A stretch of 63,186 nt of DNA, filler included, from Octopus bimaculoides (Eukaryota), in NCBI RefSeq assembly GCF_001194135.2. It is 5 parts of 5 records of this genome, joined end to end, with 100 filler letters (N's around TTAATTAATTAA, not from the genome) between each part and the next. Parts side by side here need not be neighbours in the genome. Positions count along the whole stretch, not along the records: positions 26,819 to 52,120 come from NC_068985.1; 4 more parts are not named here. One strand, given 5' to 3'. The position numbers and the translations under genes are program-made. The notes beneath the pieces were generated by a model. The model did not search any database, was not told where the DNA came from, and was given only the letters and a program-made list of their open reading frames with translations. Position 1 is the stretch's first letter. Each line of letters begins with the position of its first letter. Positions 26,819 through 39,203 of this stretch are shown here, in pieces.

Positions 26819-27059
26819 GAATAATAACAATAGATGGAGCAAAAGGCATATAGATAAAGTTCCTTTAATTCCTACATATGTTTCAAAATATATATGCACT
26901 CTACTCCAAAGAAGTAAGAGCTGCTGGAATTGCACATATATTTATCGTCAGGGAACCAACATATAGAAGCAAGACAAATGCGAAATGGTAAAATAACTTC
27001 GAGTTATAATAACATAATAACTCGCAAGTTACCTTTTTAGTTACTTTTTTAGATAAATA

Positions 27060-28140
27060 AATACAACTTTATCTTGATACTGGATTATTTCATAACCCAA
27101 ATGATCATATTAAGTACATTAACGTAGCATTCAACGATCCACACTCAATTATACGGGAACTAGTTGAGAATATTTCTGCAAGAATCACATGCAACTTATT
27201 AAAATGCTGCTCTAGCTAGGACTGCGTACCATGAAAAATTCAATATATACATGAAGCTGGTATACACAACACTACTAATTCCTCCAACTGTGATACACAT
27301 TCGTACCACCACAGCGTCACGGTTTGAGAACCGACTCAGATAAAGAACACAGGCCAGGAAGAATTAATCATATCAATAAACTACCAACGAAAATTCATAG
27401 ACACACGTGACATAATAATTCAACTGCTTGTTCTAATCCTGTACAACACACTCGATTAAATAAACCTAACAATAGATAAAGGAATCAGGATATTCAGAAT
27501 TTTTTGCTTCTTTGGACAAGTGTTTCCTAAATCTAATCGGTATCATGCAATTTTTAATCGACACACTGTGAAGGTATCCTACGCCAACTCTGCTAATTTA
27601 GAGCACCTTATGCATTGCATAAACAATAGCAAAATGCGGCAAAATTTCAATAACCCACCTACTGGATCTAGCGAACATTTGCATCTAAATACCAACCAAG
27701 GAGATGGTAAACCGCAATGGTAAACACGAATTATAATCAATTTGTAGTAGAAGGAATACTTATGATACAGATAACACAATAACAACGCCGGTAAATGGAT
27801 CGGTACTGCCTTATATACAAATAAATACGATAAATGCTCATGCAGAGAAAATCAAAATGTCCTTTGTTTGTTTCTGTATGATTATAAATCTTGTATAGAA
27901 ATGTACTGTGCACACAAGGGGAGGGCCCTATGTTTACACTGGGCAGACAGTTGAATCATTTAAGAATCGTTATCGTAACAATGTTGCCAGCTTTAAGACA
28001 GTCAGTAACAGACATTCAACATCCTTGGCAGATGTTGTATAAGGACTGAAGGAGGATAAAAGGAAGTACAGCATAAATTGGTCCATAGTAAGGAATGCGA
28101 AACCATACAATATTTTACTCCAGTGTCAATTTGATGACAT
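27060..28140 (+). mobile_element. Penelope-like retroelement relic (RT thumb plus GIY-YIG), distinct clade from 3668
   Basis: PNDHIKYINVA.N.PHSIIREL.ENISARI; FPKSNRYHAIFNRHTVKVSY; KCSCREN; YTGQTVESFKNRYRN..ASF; STSL; INWSIVRNAKPY. Confidence 0.88.
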
Positions 28141-28227
28141 GCACTGCACTCTCACTCAATGATGATGATAATGATAATAATAATAATAATAATGATGATG
28201 ATGATGATGATGATATTAATAATAATG

Positions 28228-28287
<60 letters not shown>

Positions 28288-28294
28288 GCTGGAA

Positions 28295-28460
28295 ATTTCT
28301 ACTCAAGGCCAGTAATTTCAGAGAAGAGGTAAATCGATTAAATTGACCCCAGGGTTTAACTGTTACTTATTTTATCGACCCTGAAAAGATGAAAGGCAGA
28401 CGAAATACCGCTAAGCACTTTTTTTTTTGGCATCCTAACGATTCTGCCAGTTCGTCGACT
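28295..28460 (-). mobile_element. tRNA-SINE family B (internally deleted)
   Basis: TACTTATTTTATCGACCCTGAAAAGATGAAAGGC...GAAATACCGCTAAGCA...CTAACGATTCTGCCAG. Confidence 0.75.
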
Positions 28461-28557
28461 GATAATAATAGTAATAGTAATAATAATAATAACAATAATA
28501 ATAATAGTAATGATAATAATAACAATAATAATAATAGTAATAATAATTCTGATGAGA

Positions 28558-28603
<46 letters not shown>

Positions 28604-28779
28604 CGATGATGATGATTTCACTATAAAGACGAAGGATGAGAGAGGGAACAATACAAGGACAGACACAAAGTTTACGTATAAAGAAATGATAAAAAAAAAA
28701 CAAGAAAGAAAGAAAGAAATTATGTATACACGGTATACACTGAAAAAGAAAGTACATATGCATAGCATACAAAGGTTTA

Positions 28780-29430
28780 GAAACAGGTGGTGAAGAGGAT
28801 GATAGAGATGTGACCCTCCTGAAAGAGGAAGGGACAATCGAGGAACCCTACTGTCCGAGATTTCCCTGAAACCTCAAGAGCAAGTGCTTTCTCCAATTCC
28901 TTCTCTCCGACTCGATGGTCTACACTTAGAAAGGTACCCTCCACTCTTGTCATTTTCGCAACTTTCACCCACCTTTCAATAAACTCACACGAGGACAGCA
29001 CTTCCCTCTCCACTCTCAATTTCCTTTTCAAGTGAAACTTGAAGAAGTCAATGCGAGCTCTACCACAGAGGAATGTATCGGTCCTCATGCCTTTCAGCCT
29101 TGTCCATCAACAACCGCTTCTGCCCGATTGAAGGAGGGTGGTGGTGCAATCATCACTATAGACTCCCACACGTGACAGCAGCTTTTCGACATAACCCCAC
29201 AAATCAGCAATCTCCGGGCACTGAACGAGGGCGTTCAGAACGATTTCGTCACTCTGAGTGCACCTCGGACAAGCCCGTCAGACAACACTTCTGCCTGACC
29301 TTTCAGGGACAGCTTCCTCTCAGTCCATTTCTGGGTATGACTGGCCATCCCGTTCATAACCTCGACCCTGTTCGACCTGGAGGTCGCGACCAAACCAGAC
29401 CCCGAACAGTTTAACTGGTCCATCCGTCCG
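28780..29430 (-). mobile_element. Tx1/L1-clade LINE relic with internal deletions
   Basis: GPVKLFGVWFGRDLQVE; W.ERKLSLKGQAEV; CPRCTQSDE...QCPEIADLWGYVEKLLSRVG; FFKFHLKRKLRVER.VLS..EFIERWV.VA.M. Confidence 0.85.
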
Positions 29431-30481
29431 TCCAAATTTTTGTGTGGTTGACTGTTATTAAGACAAAAGAGATATAGACCGCTAAGGGGAGCGGTCGATC
29501 ACACAGTAATTTCCCACAGTAATTTCATAGGCAATTTAAATGGTCAGATAACTGAAATGATGGCGGCGTGGGTTTCCACCTCGGCATCCGAAACTCGGAG
29601 TTTTATCATGGCTACGGAATAAGTGTGACATATTTTTACAGATAAAATCCTCTATTTACATAATATCGAGGTCGCTTTCTTTTTTTTTTTTGTTGTCTTT
29701 TCTATCANNNNNNNNNNNNNNNNNNNNNNNNNNNNNNNNNNNNNNNNNNNNNNNNNNNNNNNNNNNNNNNNNNNNNNNNNNNNNNNNNNNNNNNNNNNNN
29801 NNNNNNNNNNNNNNNNNNNNNNNNNNNNNNNNNNNNNNNNNNNNNNNNNNNNNNNNNNNNNNNNNNNNNNNNNNNNNNNNNNNNNNNNNNNNNNNNNNNN
29901 NNNNNNNNNNNNNNNNNNNNNNNNNNNNNNNNNNNNNNNNNNNNNNNNNNNNNNNNNNNNNNNNNNNNNNNNNNNNNNNNNNNNNNNNNNNNNNNNNNNN
30001 NNNNNNNNNNNNNNNNNNNNNNNNNNNNNNNNNNNNNNNNNNNNNNNNNNNNNNGGGGGGGGGCGTCATGTGAAGAATCGGATTTAATGTAACGTCCTAT
30101 AGGATACTAACAGATTAAATATGGTTAAAATATTGATTTAAATGTCTTTATTTCTAGAAGTTTCCTTATTTAGTTTTATTCTTATCTTCTGCATCACCGA
30201 CATCCTCCTCCTTATCATCATATCATCATCGTCTTCATCGTCATCAATCATCATCATCATCATTATCATCATCATCATCATCATTTTCACAAGCAGCTAC
30301 ATCGATGTCATCATTATCCTTAAATATCTCACCGTCACCACAACCACAATTATCAATTTCAACTACAGTACGTGCAGTAGCTTTTTCATATGGTACTATC
30401 ATCGTTTACCATCACCATAAATCATCTCTGTTCCTATCTATTCAACTATCTGCTACTTACATGCATTTTTTTCCATAGTTA

Positions 30482-30716
30482 GGCGCAGGCATGCCTAAGT
30501 GGTAAGATGTGTGCTTCCCAATCAGATTGTTCCAGGTTCAATCCTACTGCGTGGCACTTTGGGCAAGTATATTCTGCTAAAGCCTCGGGCCAACCGAAAA
30601 CTTGTGAGTGGATTTGATAGACGGAAACGGAAAGAAACTTGTAAATATATGTGTGTGTGTCTGTGTGTGTGTGTCTGTGTGTGTGTGAGTGTGTTTGTAT
30701 GTTTACGTGTATGTGT

Positions 30717-30801
<85 letters not shown>

Positions 30802-31030
30802 TGAGTGTGTGGGCGCGTGTGTCTCTGTATGTTTGTTTATCGATTACTACTACCTCACAACCGGTGCTGGTGTGGTTTACGATCCCGTAAATTAGCGGTT
30901 CAGCAAAAGAGAAGGACAGAATACGTACTAGTCTTTAAAAATATAAGCAGTGGGTTCGATTCGTTTTGAGTAAGACCCTTCAAAGCGGTGCCCCAGCAAA
31001 GCCGGGGTCTAATGACTGAAACAAGTAAAA
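30482..31030 (+). mobile_element. Near full-length tRNA-SINE family A with expanded internal (TG)n
   Basis: GGCGCAGGC head with B-box GGTTCAATCC, ~180 bp internal microsatellite, tail to GACTGAAACAAGTAAAAGA. Confidence 0.9.
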
Positions 31031-31579
31031 GAGAAAAAAGAAAAGATGTAAAATACTGCCTTCGCAACGCTTGGTTAGTTATTTAATTCGCATATAAGAA
31101 GTGCAGTCTCTGAATATAGCCGTTGGATGGTCAATTATCTCTGGAGAAATAATATTTAGAAAGCCCTGCTTCAATTTACGTCCTAGGCCATTATTCAGTA
31201 TTTAAGTTACGCTACACAAAATAAGGGATTTTAAGTGACAACAGATACTCATAAAAGTCGACTAGCTGAGCTGTTAAAGGAATGCCATTAATACAAAAGT
31301 GCTCTGCAACGCTTGAGTTAGTCATTTCTTGATATCTCCGTTGGTGGCTTAATGCGTACCTCTTGTTAGTTTTGTCAGCTATACTTTTGTGTACTATGTT
31401 TTGGAGTTTTCATTCTCCTAGACTGATTGTTTTCACTGCAGCTAAGGAGTTCACTCTAACCTTACGAAGTTTATTTAAGCCATAAATGGGACCCTGATAA
31501 TAACAACCATTACGAGTCAGAACGGACCTGAGAGTCATGGTAATTAAGTGGTGACTCCATGCTACTCACGACTCGTACA

Positions 31580-31920
31580 GGAGTCACTCAGTGAGTGTTG
31601 TATGCCATACTTCAGCTCAATATATCAGGATGATAATAAAATACCACTCCACGCTTCCCATGACTCATCCATGAGTCACTCAGTCAGTGTGATATGCCAC
31701 ACTTCAGTCTAACAACTCATAGATGAGTCATTCAGCCAGTCTTATATGCCACACTTCAGTCTAACAACTCATAGATGAGTCATTCAGCCAGTCTTATATG
31801 CCATACTTCAGTTTAGTATATCTGGATATTCAGAAGATATCACTGCACACTTCCCAGAACTCGCACATGAGTCATTCAGCAAGTGTTTTATAAACAACAC
31901 TTCAGTTCAATATATCTGGA
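31580..31920. repeat. Degenerate minisatellite (~90-bp unit) with an exact 52-bp tandem duplication
   Basis: 31692-31743 = 31744-31795. ATGCCAYACTTCAG and GAGTCAYTCAG recur. Confidence 0.9.
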
Positions 31921-32335
31921 TTCAAAAAATATCGAGCAGCTAAATTCCGAAACGTTTTATCTGAGGTTATTAATGACATGAACAAAGCTGCATCTGCATA
32001 CAAGTTTGGGCAAATATCTACAATGGATGAATCAAAATATTTCCAAAAATACAAATCATTCACCGTACATTCAATGTGACTTTACATACATTTTTTTTCT
32101 TTTTTTTTTTTTGCTAAGTTTCTCATCTCTATATATATAGTTTACAAGGTTTTTTTTTTATTTTCTTTTTCTCTGTTCATTATCTGTACTGCTACTGTCT
32201 CTTAAATTTCTTTTTCTCTGCTTATTTTTGTTTTCGGTATTAAGTTTGATTTTTACGTTTAAACTTTCACTGGAGAACAATTTAAAACTATTCCTATTGA
32301 ATGACCGTTTAGGAAGGAGATGCACTCACGCATGT

Positions 32336-32374
<39 letters not shown>

Positions 32375-32468
32375 AACACACATACACACACACACACACA
32401 CTTACACTCACACAGACACATATATATGTGCGTATGTGCGTGCGCGCGTGCATATGTATGTATATATG

Positions 32469-32519
<51 letters not shown>

Positions 32520-33426
32520 NNNNNNNNNNNNNNNNNNNNNNNNNNNNNNNNNNNNNNNNNNNNNNNNNNNNNNNNNNNNNNNNNNNNNNNNNNNNNNNNN
32601 NNNNNNNNNNNNNNNNNNNNNNNNNNNNNNNNNNNNNNNNNNNNNNNNNNNNNNNNNNNNNNNNNNNNNNNNNNNNNNNNNNNNNNNNNNNNNNNNNNNN
32701 NNNNNNNNNNNNNNNNNNNNNNNNNNNNNNNNNNNNNNNNNNNNNNNNNNNNNNNNNNNNNNNNNNNNNNNNNNNNNNNNNNNNNNNNNNNNNNNNNNNN
32801 NNNNNNNNNNNNNNNNNNNNNNNNNNNNATATATATATTCATACATTCATGTAATTCAATTTCGATATACTTGCAACTCTCACCAGCAAACCAACAATGG
32901 TAACAGAATTCCTTTTGAATCTAACTGAAAGGGCTACGTTCTCCTCGAAGAAAGCTGATTGCTCAGGTCAGATTATATAGCGTGTTGAAGAAAATAAAAG
33001 TGTATATAGAGATCAGAGGAACTATATCTCATGACTTTTAGATTAGGGAAAACGTTCAACGTATGTATTATTGTGGTAAGATTGTTGGAATTTTCATTCC
33101 TTGAACCTAGACTCAGGAACCATGTACTTTCCTCTTCGTAACTGCTGCCAGAAAAGTTATCAATGTATTCTGAGAGTAATAAAAATATCGCTCGCAGAAT
33201 ATGTGTTGCGCTTTAAATATAAGTGAGCGTTCGTTCGAACACAATTATATCTATGTATGTAAGCCTCTGTGTGTGCGTGTGTGTGTATGTGAATCTGTGT
33301 CTGTGTGTGTTTGTGTGTGTCTGTCTATGTGGATGTGTGTGTAAGTCAAAAATTAACGCACGTAATAATTGCATTACGTTCTGACTTGCATTTGTATACA
33401 CGCACTCAGACTCATCGTATATATAC

Positions 33427-33464
<38 letters not shown>

Positions 33465-33534
33465 TTGAAATTTACAGAAAAACAATAGACGAAGACAAGC
33501 ATACATTGCTTAATACACACACACACACACTCAC

Positions 33535-33582
<48 letters not shown>

Positions 33583-34858
33583 TGCTAAATACGTGTTTCC
33601 TGGTCATTGGATGAATGTACTCCTTGTACTGTTGTTGTCACCGTCATCGTAGTTGCAATTGTTTAATTTGGGTTTCATACGGACGCTGTTGTGCGGATCG
33701 ATGATCGAATGTCCAGCAACTGCAAATAAATTGTTTATTTTTTATGAACATCTCATAATAATTTATTTGATATAAGTGATTGCATGTGGATTTAGCTGTT
33801 ATTTTCACCATGTTGAGTGATCGCATTGAGGCGTCCTTATTTGGCTAGGTTGCTTACTTGACTTATGACTAGTAAGGGAAGAAGCAAAAATATTTCCTGT
33901 ATTAGCAACCATGTGAAACATTTCGCCGATTCTCTGTCAGATAGTGTTCTGATAGAGTAAGAGCACCAATTCAAATAATTAGATAATATTCTGACTTTAA
34001 TTATTTCGTTGAGGATATTTAACAAGAGAATGACACACTACATTTTGCGAGGCACAATGAATGACGAATATAATTTTCCAATTTGGAAAGAGCGAGAAAT
34101 TAATATTGTTGTTGTCATTCTTGTTCAAGAAGATATGACCATGATGTATTTTCATTTTTGTTTCATTGTATCTAGGATTATATAGACAGCAAAGTGGCAG
34201 AGTCGTTATTGTGAATGGTTGAATGCTTTCTGGTACTTTTCCGGTTCTTTTCATAAAACTTAAATCTTGCTTAGGTCTATTTTGGCTATCAGACCCTGTG
34301 GAATAGATCGGTATAATTACTAAGACATCAGACTAGATGCTTCGTGGTATTTGTTTCGGTTGTGCTCATTCACATTCCTTGGGTATTAAACTTAAACTAT
34401 CGACCCAGTTAAACACCGATACCTCGTGCTTGAGAGCAGTTAGAGAAATTTACTGTTACAAGCATTGGACCAGATCTCTGCTTTGAAGAAAATATAGCCC
34501 TTCATTTTCCAATCATTCCCAGAGCTTCTGAAAAAATAAATACAAATGACTCTTTCATCCTTGATTAAACGATAACAAAAATTGTCCAATTTATCTTATT
34601 ATTTTCTGAAAACCATTTGCAACAAAAAACAGTATGATCATTTAAGTGTTATTTCTCCCCTGGTCGCCCGTAATCGTGAGCACCCAAGATTAGAGACCTT
34701 CCAGCTGTTCCTATTCTGTCTTTTTCTATATATGCTTTCTTTCTTTTTAACAGACAAAAAATAGTGAATGGTTTGAAGGCGACTTGCCTGCTATTTCCAT
34801 TAGTTTGCGCAAGTACTTACAACATATTGTCTCAAAATGAAATAAGTGGTCCGTGTGA

Positions 34859-34906
34859 CACTATCTCGTCATAGCACTATCTCGTCATAGCACTGTCTCG
34901 ACATAG
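34859..34906. repeat. 16-bp tandem repeat x3 (CACTATCTCGTCATAG)
   Basis: Direct; the third copy has two substitutions. Confidence 0.9.
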
Positions 34907-35769
34907 TTTCATTTGGTTTTAATACGTTCGCTATCATTCTATGCGTTATTTGATAGTATTATCTTGAATATATTCGTATTCAATAAAGAATGCGTAAAAT
35001 GAACCAATATCTATATAAATATTAAATAATATCCATTATTTCATACAATATGAGCAAATAATATATATTTATCCAGTCTTTGAGAAAACACTTCTTGCGT
35101 TGATGTCTGAGTATTAAATACATACATACGTACATGCGTACGTACGTACACACATATGTCTGTGTGTATGTGTGTCTGTGTATCTGTGTGTCTGTGTATC
35201 TGTGTGTCTGTGTATCTGTGTGTCTGTGTCTATGTGTCTGTGTGTTTGTGTGTGTCTGTGGGTTTGTGTATGTATATAGGCTATTATTGTCTAACCCAGT
35301 AAAGAATGTTGATATTTTTGTTCTTTGTTTTCAGCCTTGATAATTTTGTATGTACTCGAAGGGTAAATGGTTTTATAAAAACACAGTTACTGCATTTTTA
35401 TCCTGTTCCTCTTGTGGGTGATTTTTGTTCTTTGTGATAGCATTTGTTCGTTGCTGAAGTGTTCACACGTTGTTGAATGTAGTAGTAGTCTCTTGCAATG
35501 TCTTGAAACCTATATTTCAGTTGATTAATCTGCTAATCTATCTTTGTAAGACCCAGGTATCACATACACTTTCCTATTCATTACAATATTTACATGTTTA
35601 TCAATGAAAGGTTTCTGTTTTGTTGCTTTTCCTTTGATTGCCTTCGTTTTTCTTTGTATTTCTACAATAGTATTTCATATGTATTTGTTTTATTGGGCTG
35701 AAAGTGTTTCTGAATATTTTCAAAATGTCTGGTTAAAAATCCTATTAAAATATATTCATTATTATAGAG

Positions 35770-36670
35770 ACCTAAGTCGGTGAGCTTTCAGAGTCATTAG
35801 TACACCGGACAAGATGCTTAGCGGTATTTCTTCCGGCTTTACATTCACAGTTCAAATTCCACCAAGTTTGACTTTGCTCTTCATCAATTTGCGGTCGATA
35901 AAATAAGTACCAATAGAACACTGAGATCAATGTAATCGACTCGTCCTCTCCACAAAAAATTCTGGTTTTGTGCGTATTGTAGAAAGGTTTGTTTTCGAAA
36001 TCCCATGATATTTGATTGGCAGAAGTGTTAATGTGTTGGAAAAAAGTACTTTATTATTATTATTATGTACTTGTTACGGATCTCTACCTTCTGAGTTCAA
36101 ATTCCGCCAATGACAGTTTTACTTGTCATCCTTTCGGGGATCGAAAAATAAATTACTAATCAAGTACTAGACTCCCCCTCCATCCAATTCCAAACTCCTT
36201 GCTTTAGCTGGAAACAATTACAAGAATGTCTCATTATATTATACTATTTTGGAAGGAGGTGAACCGGCAGAATCGTTATCACGCCGGATGAAATACTTAG
36301 CGGTATTTTGCTCGTCTTTATGTTCTGGGTTCAAATTCCGCCGAGGTCTCGATAAATTAAGTACTAGTGATATACTGGGGTCGCTGTAATCGACTGGTCC
36401 CCTCCCACCCAAAAGTTTAGGACTTGTGCCTATACTGGGAAGAATTATTATATTATTTTGGAGTAAGGTGGCGAGCAAGCGGGATCGGTAACATGGCGGA
36501 TAAAATACCTAGGGATATTTCGTCCACCTTTACGTTCTGAATTCAAATTCTGCCGTGGTCGACCTTCCCTTTCACCCTATAATGGTCGATAAAATAAGTA
36601 CAAGTTGAAAAGTGGAGTCGATATAATTGAGTATTCCCTCCCCCGAACTTGTGCCAAAATTTGAAACTAC
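35770..36670 (+). mobile_element. Cluster of four same-strand family B SINEs
   Basis: GTTCAAATTC(C/T)(G/A)CC core recurs near 35850, 36095, 36330 and 36540. Confidence 0.85.
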
Positions 36671-37604
36671 TACATTATTTTTGTGTACAAATCCTTTTTT
36701 AGGGCCAACATAATCTTTTGTGCTTCCGTTCGACAAAATAAAGTAACGTTCATAGTATTCAGCATGTGTCTGATTAATTCCTCCCTAATTACATGAAACA
36801 CTGCCAATGAGCCTAAGAACTACCAGATGCATAACTTCTCACAACTTAATTCCCCCACTGTTCCAACACCATTCCATTATTCCATATTTCCATTCGTGAT
36901 CATCTAAACATTGTAATAACAAATCTACATATATTCTGTTCCCCCCACCTCTCTCCCTTTTGTTTCTCCCTCTCTCTCTCTTTCTCCCTCTTTCTCTATA
37001 AGATGTAGAAGAGGAATCCTCGAAACTTTAAATTACCACAAAACTCTATTTATTTATTTATTTATTTATTTATTCATTTATTTATTCAATTCATTTTCTT
37101 GTTCAGTCATTGGCCTTTGGCCACGCTAGCACAACGTCTTCTTGAAGGATTTAGTCCATTAAATCACACCAGTACTCATCGTCTTTAGATTTGGTACTTA
37201 TCGCATCGTTAATTTTTGCCAAACTTCTAAGTAACATAGACGATATTAAACCAACGCCATTTATCAAGCGACAAATTTACCAAGAGACAAACACAAAGAC
37301 GGGCACAAGCACACAGACATACATATGTACGACGAGGTTTTCCACACTATCCGTCTCCTAAACTCGCTCGCAAGCAATTAATAGGCTGAGCCTATAATAG
37401 AAGAGAATTGCTAAACGTGCTGCATAGTAGAACTCAATCTGAAACCACGTGATTGTAAAATGGTCTTCTTAATCACACACCATAATCAAAATTCAAATTA
37501 GAGGTATCGATAACATGTAGTATAAGGTTATAAAACATTTTACCCTTTACTTTTATTGAGAAAAACAAGATAATTTAATAAAACTTTATTATTGCTTTGA
37601 TGAT

Positions 37605-37761
37605 GGAGTGGCTGTGTGGTAAGTAGCTTGCTTACCAACCACATGGTCCCGGGTTCAGTCCCACTGCGTGGCACCTTGGGCAAGTGTCTTCTACTATAGC
37701 CTCGGGCCGACCAAAGCCTTGTGAGTGGATTTGGTAGACGGAAACTGAAAGAAGCCCGTCG
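37605..37761 (+). mobile_element. Young tRNA-SINE family A head
   Basis: GGAGTGGCTGTGTGGTAAG...GGGTTCAGTCCCACTGCGTGGCACC; nearly identical to 54826-54946 and 56281-56436. Confidence 0.92.
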
Positions 37762-38980
37762 TATATATATATATATATATATATATNNNNNNNNNNNNNN
37801 NNNNNNNNNNNNNNNNNNNNNNNNNNNNNNNNNNNNNNNNNNNNNNNNNNNNNNNNNNNNNNNNNNNNNNNNNNNNNNNNNNNNNNNNNNNNNNNNNNNN
37901 NNNNNNNNNNNNNNNNNNNNNNNNNNNNNNNNNNNNNNNNNNNNNNNNNNNNNNNNNNNNNNNNNNNNNNNNNNNNNNNNNNNNNNNNNNNNNNNNNNNN
38001 NNNNNNNNNNNNNNNNNNNNNNNNNNNNNNNNNNNNNNNNNNNNNNNNNNNNNNNNNNNNNNNNNNNNNNNNNNNNNNNNNNNNNNNNNNNNNNNNNNNN
38101 NNNNNNNNNNNNNNNNNNNNNNNNNNNNNNNNNNNNNNNNNNNNNNNNNNNNNNNNNNNNNNNNNNNNNNNNNNNNNNNNNNNNNNNNNNNNNNNNNNNN
38201 NNNNNNNNNNNNNNNNNNNNNNNNNNNNNNNNNNNNNNNNNNNNNNNNNNNNNNNNNNNNNNNNNNNNNNNNNNNNNNNNNNNNNNNNNNNNNNNNNNNN
38301 NNNNNNNNNNNNNNNNNNNNNNNNNNNNNNNNNNNNNNNNNNNNNNNNNNNNNNNNNNNNNNNNNNNNNNNNNNNNNNNNNNNNNNNNNNNNNNNNNNNN
38401 NNNNNNNNNNNNNNNNNNNNNNNNNNNNNNNNNNNNNNNNNNNNNNNNNNNNNNNNNNNNNNNNNNNNNNNNNNNNNNNNNNNNNNNNNNNNNNNNNNNN
38501 NNNNNNNNNNNNNNNNNNNNNNNNNNNNNNNNNNNNNNNNNNNNNNNNNNNNNNNNNNNNNNNNNNNNNNNNNNNNNNNNNNNNNNNNNNNNNNNNNNNN
38601 NNNNNNNNNNNNNNNNNNNNNNNNNNNNNNNNNNNNNNNNNNNNNNNNNNNNNNNNNNNNNNNNNNNNNNNNNNNNNNNNNNNNNNNNNNNNTATATATA
38701 TATATATATGTCATAGATGACAGAAAAATAGTTAAATGAGGTTTTATTTAACTATAAGAGAATTCTAATATCACAAGAAATTATTTCGTAACTTAAAAAC
38801 ATGTAAATCATTTATATGACTGTATTTTAATAATATATAAATCGCTTACATGTCTGCGTTAATGCAAATATTCCCTCTAATTGTTTTGTAGAATGATACA
38901 TTAAGGAACTTTTTTATGAGTGCTACCAGATTACTTGAAACCATATATTGTGACTTATATATATATATATATCATATTAT

Positions 38981-39203
38981 TTCGGTTCCAAATTTTGGTA
39001 CAAGTTCAGTAGTTTCGAGGAAGAGGTTACGTTGATTACATTGATTCCATAGCTCAACTGGTACTTATTTTATTGACATCGAAAGGATGAAAGGTAGAGT
39101 CAAAGTCAATCTGGGCGGAATTTGAACTCAGAACTTAAAGACGGACGAAATGCCGCTAAACTTTTTCCCCAGAGTGTTAACGACTCTGTCAGCTCACCGC
39201 CTT
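38981..39203 (-). mobile_element. tRNA-SINE family B
   Basis: GGCGGAATTTGAACTCAGAAC...GCTCACCGCCTT. Confidence 0.85.

Noticed and set aside
31580-31920. CRISPR-like repeat-spacer reading of the minisatellite
   Set aside because: Units are contiguous and degenerate without unique spacers, there are no cas genes, and the context is eukaryotic.
35380-35700. Minus-strand Lys-rich frame vaguely like a Penelope linker region
   Set aside because: No diagnostic motif could be read with confidence.
37605-37680. tRNA-like sequences at SINE heads (also 55290-55364, 58699-58790)
   Set aside because: A/B boxes are present but they continue into SINE bodies without a complete cloverleaf; not tRNA genes.
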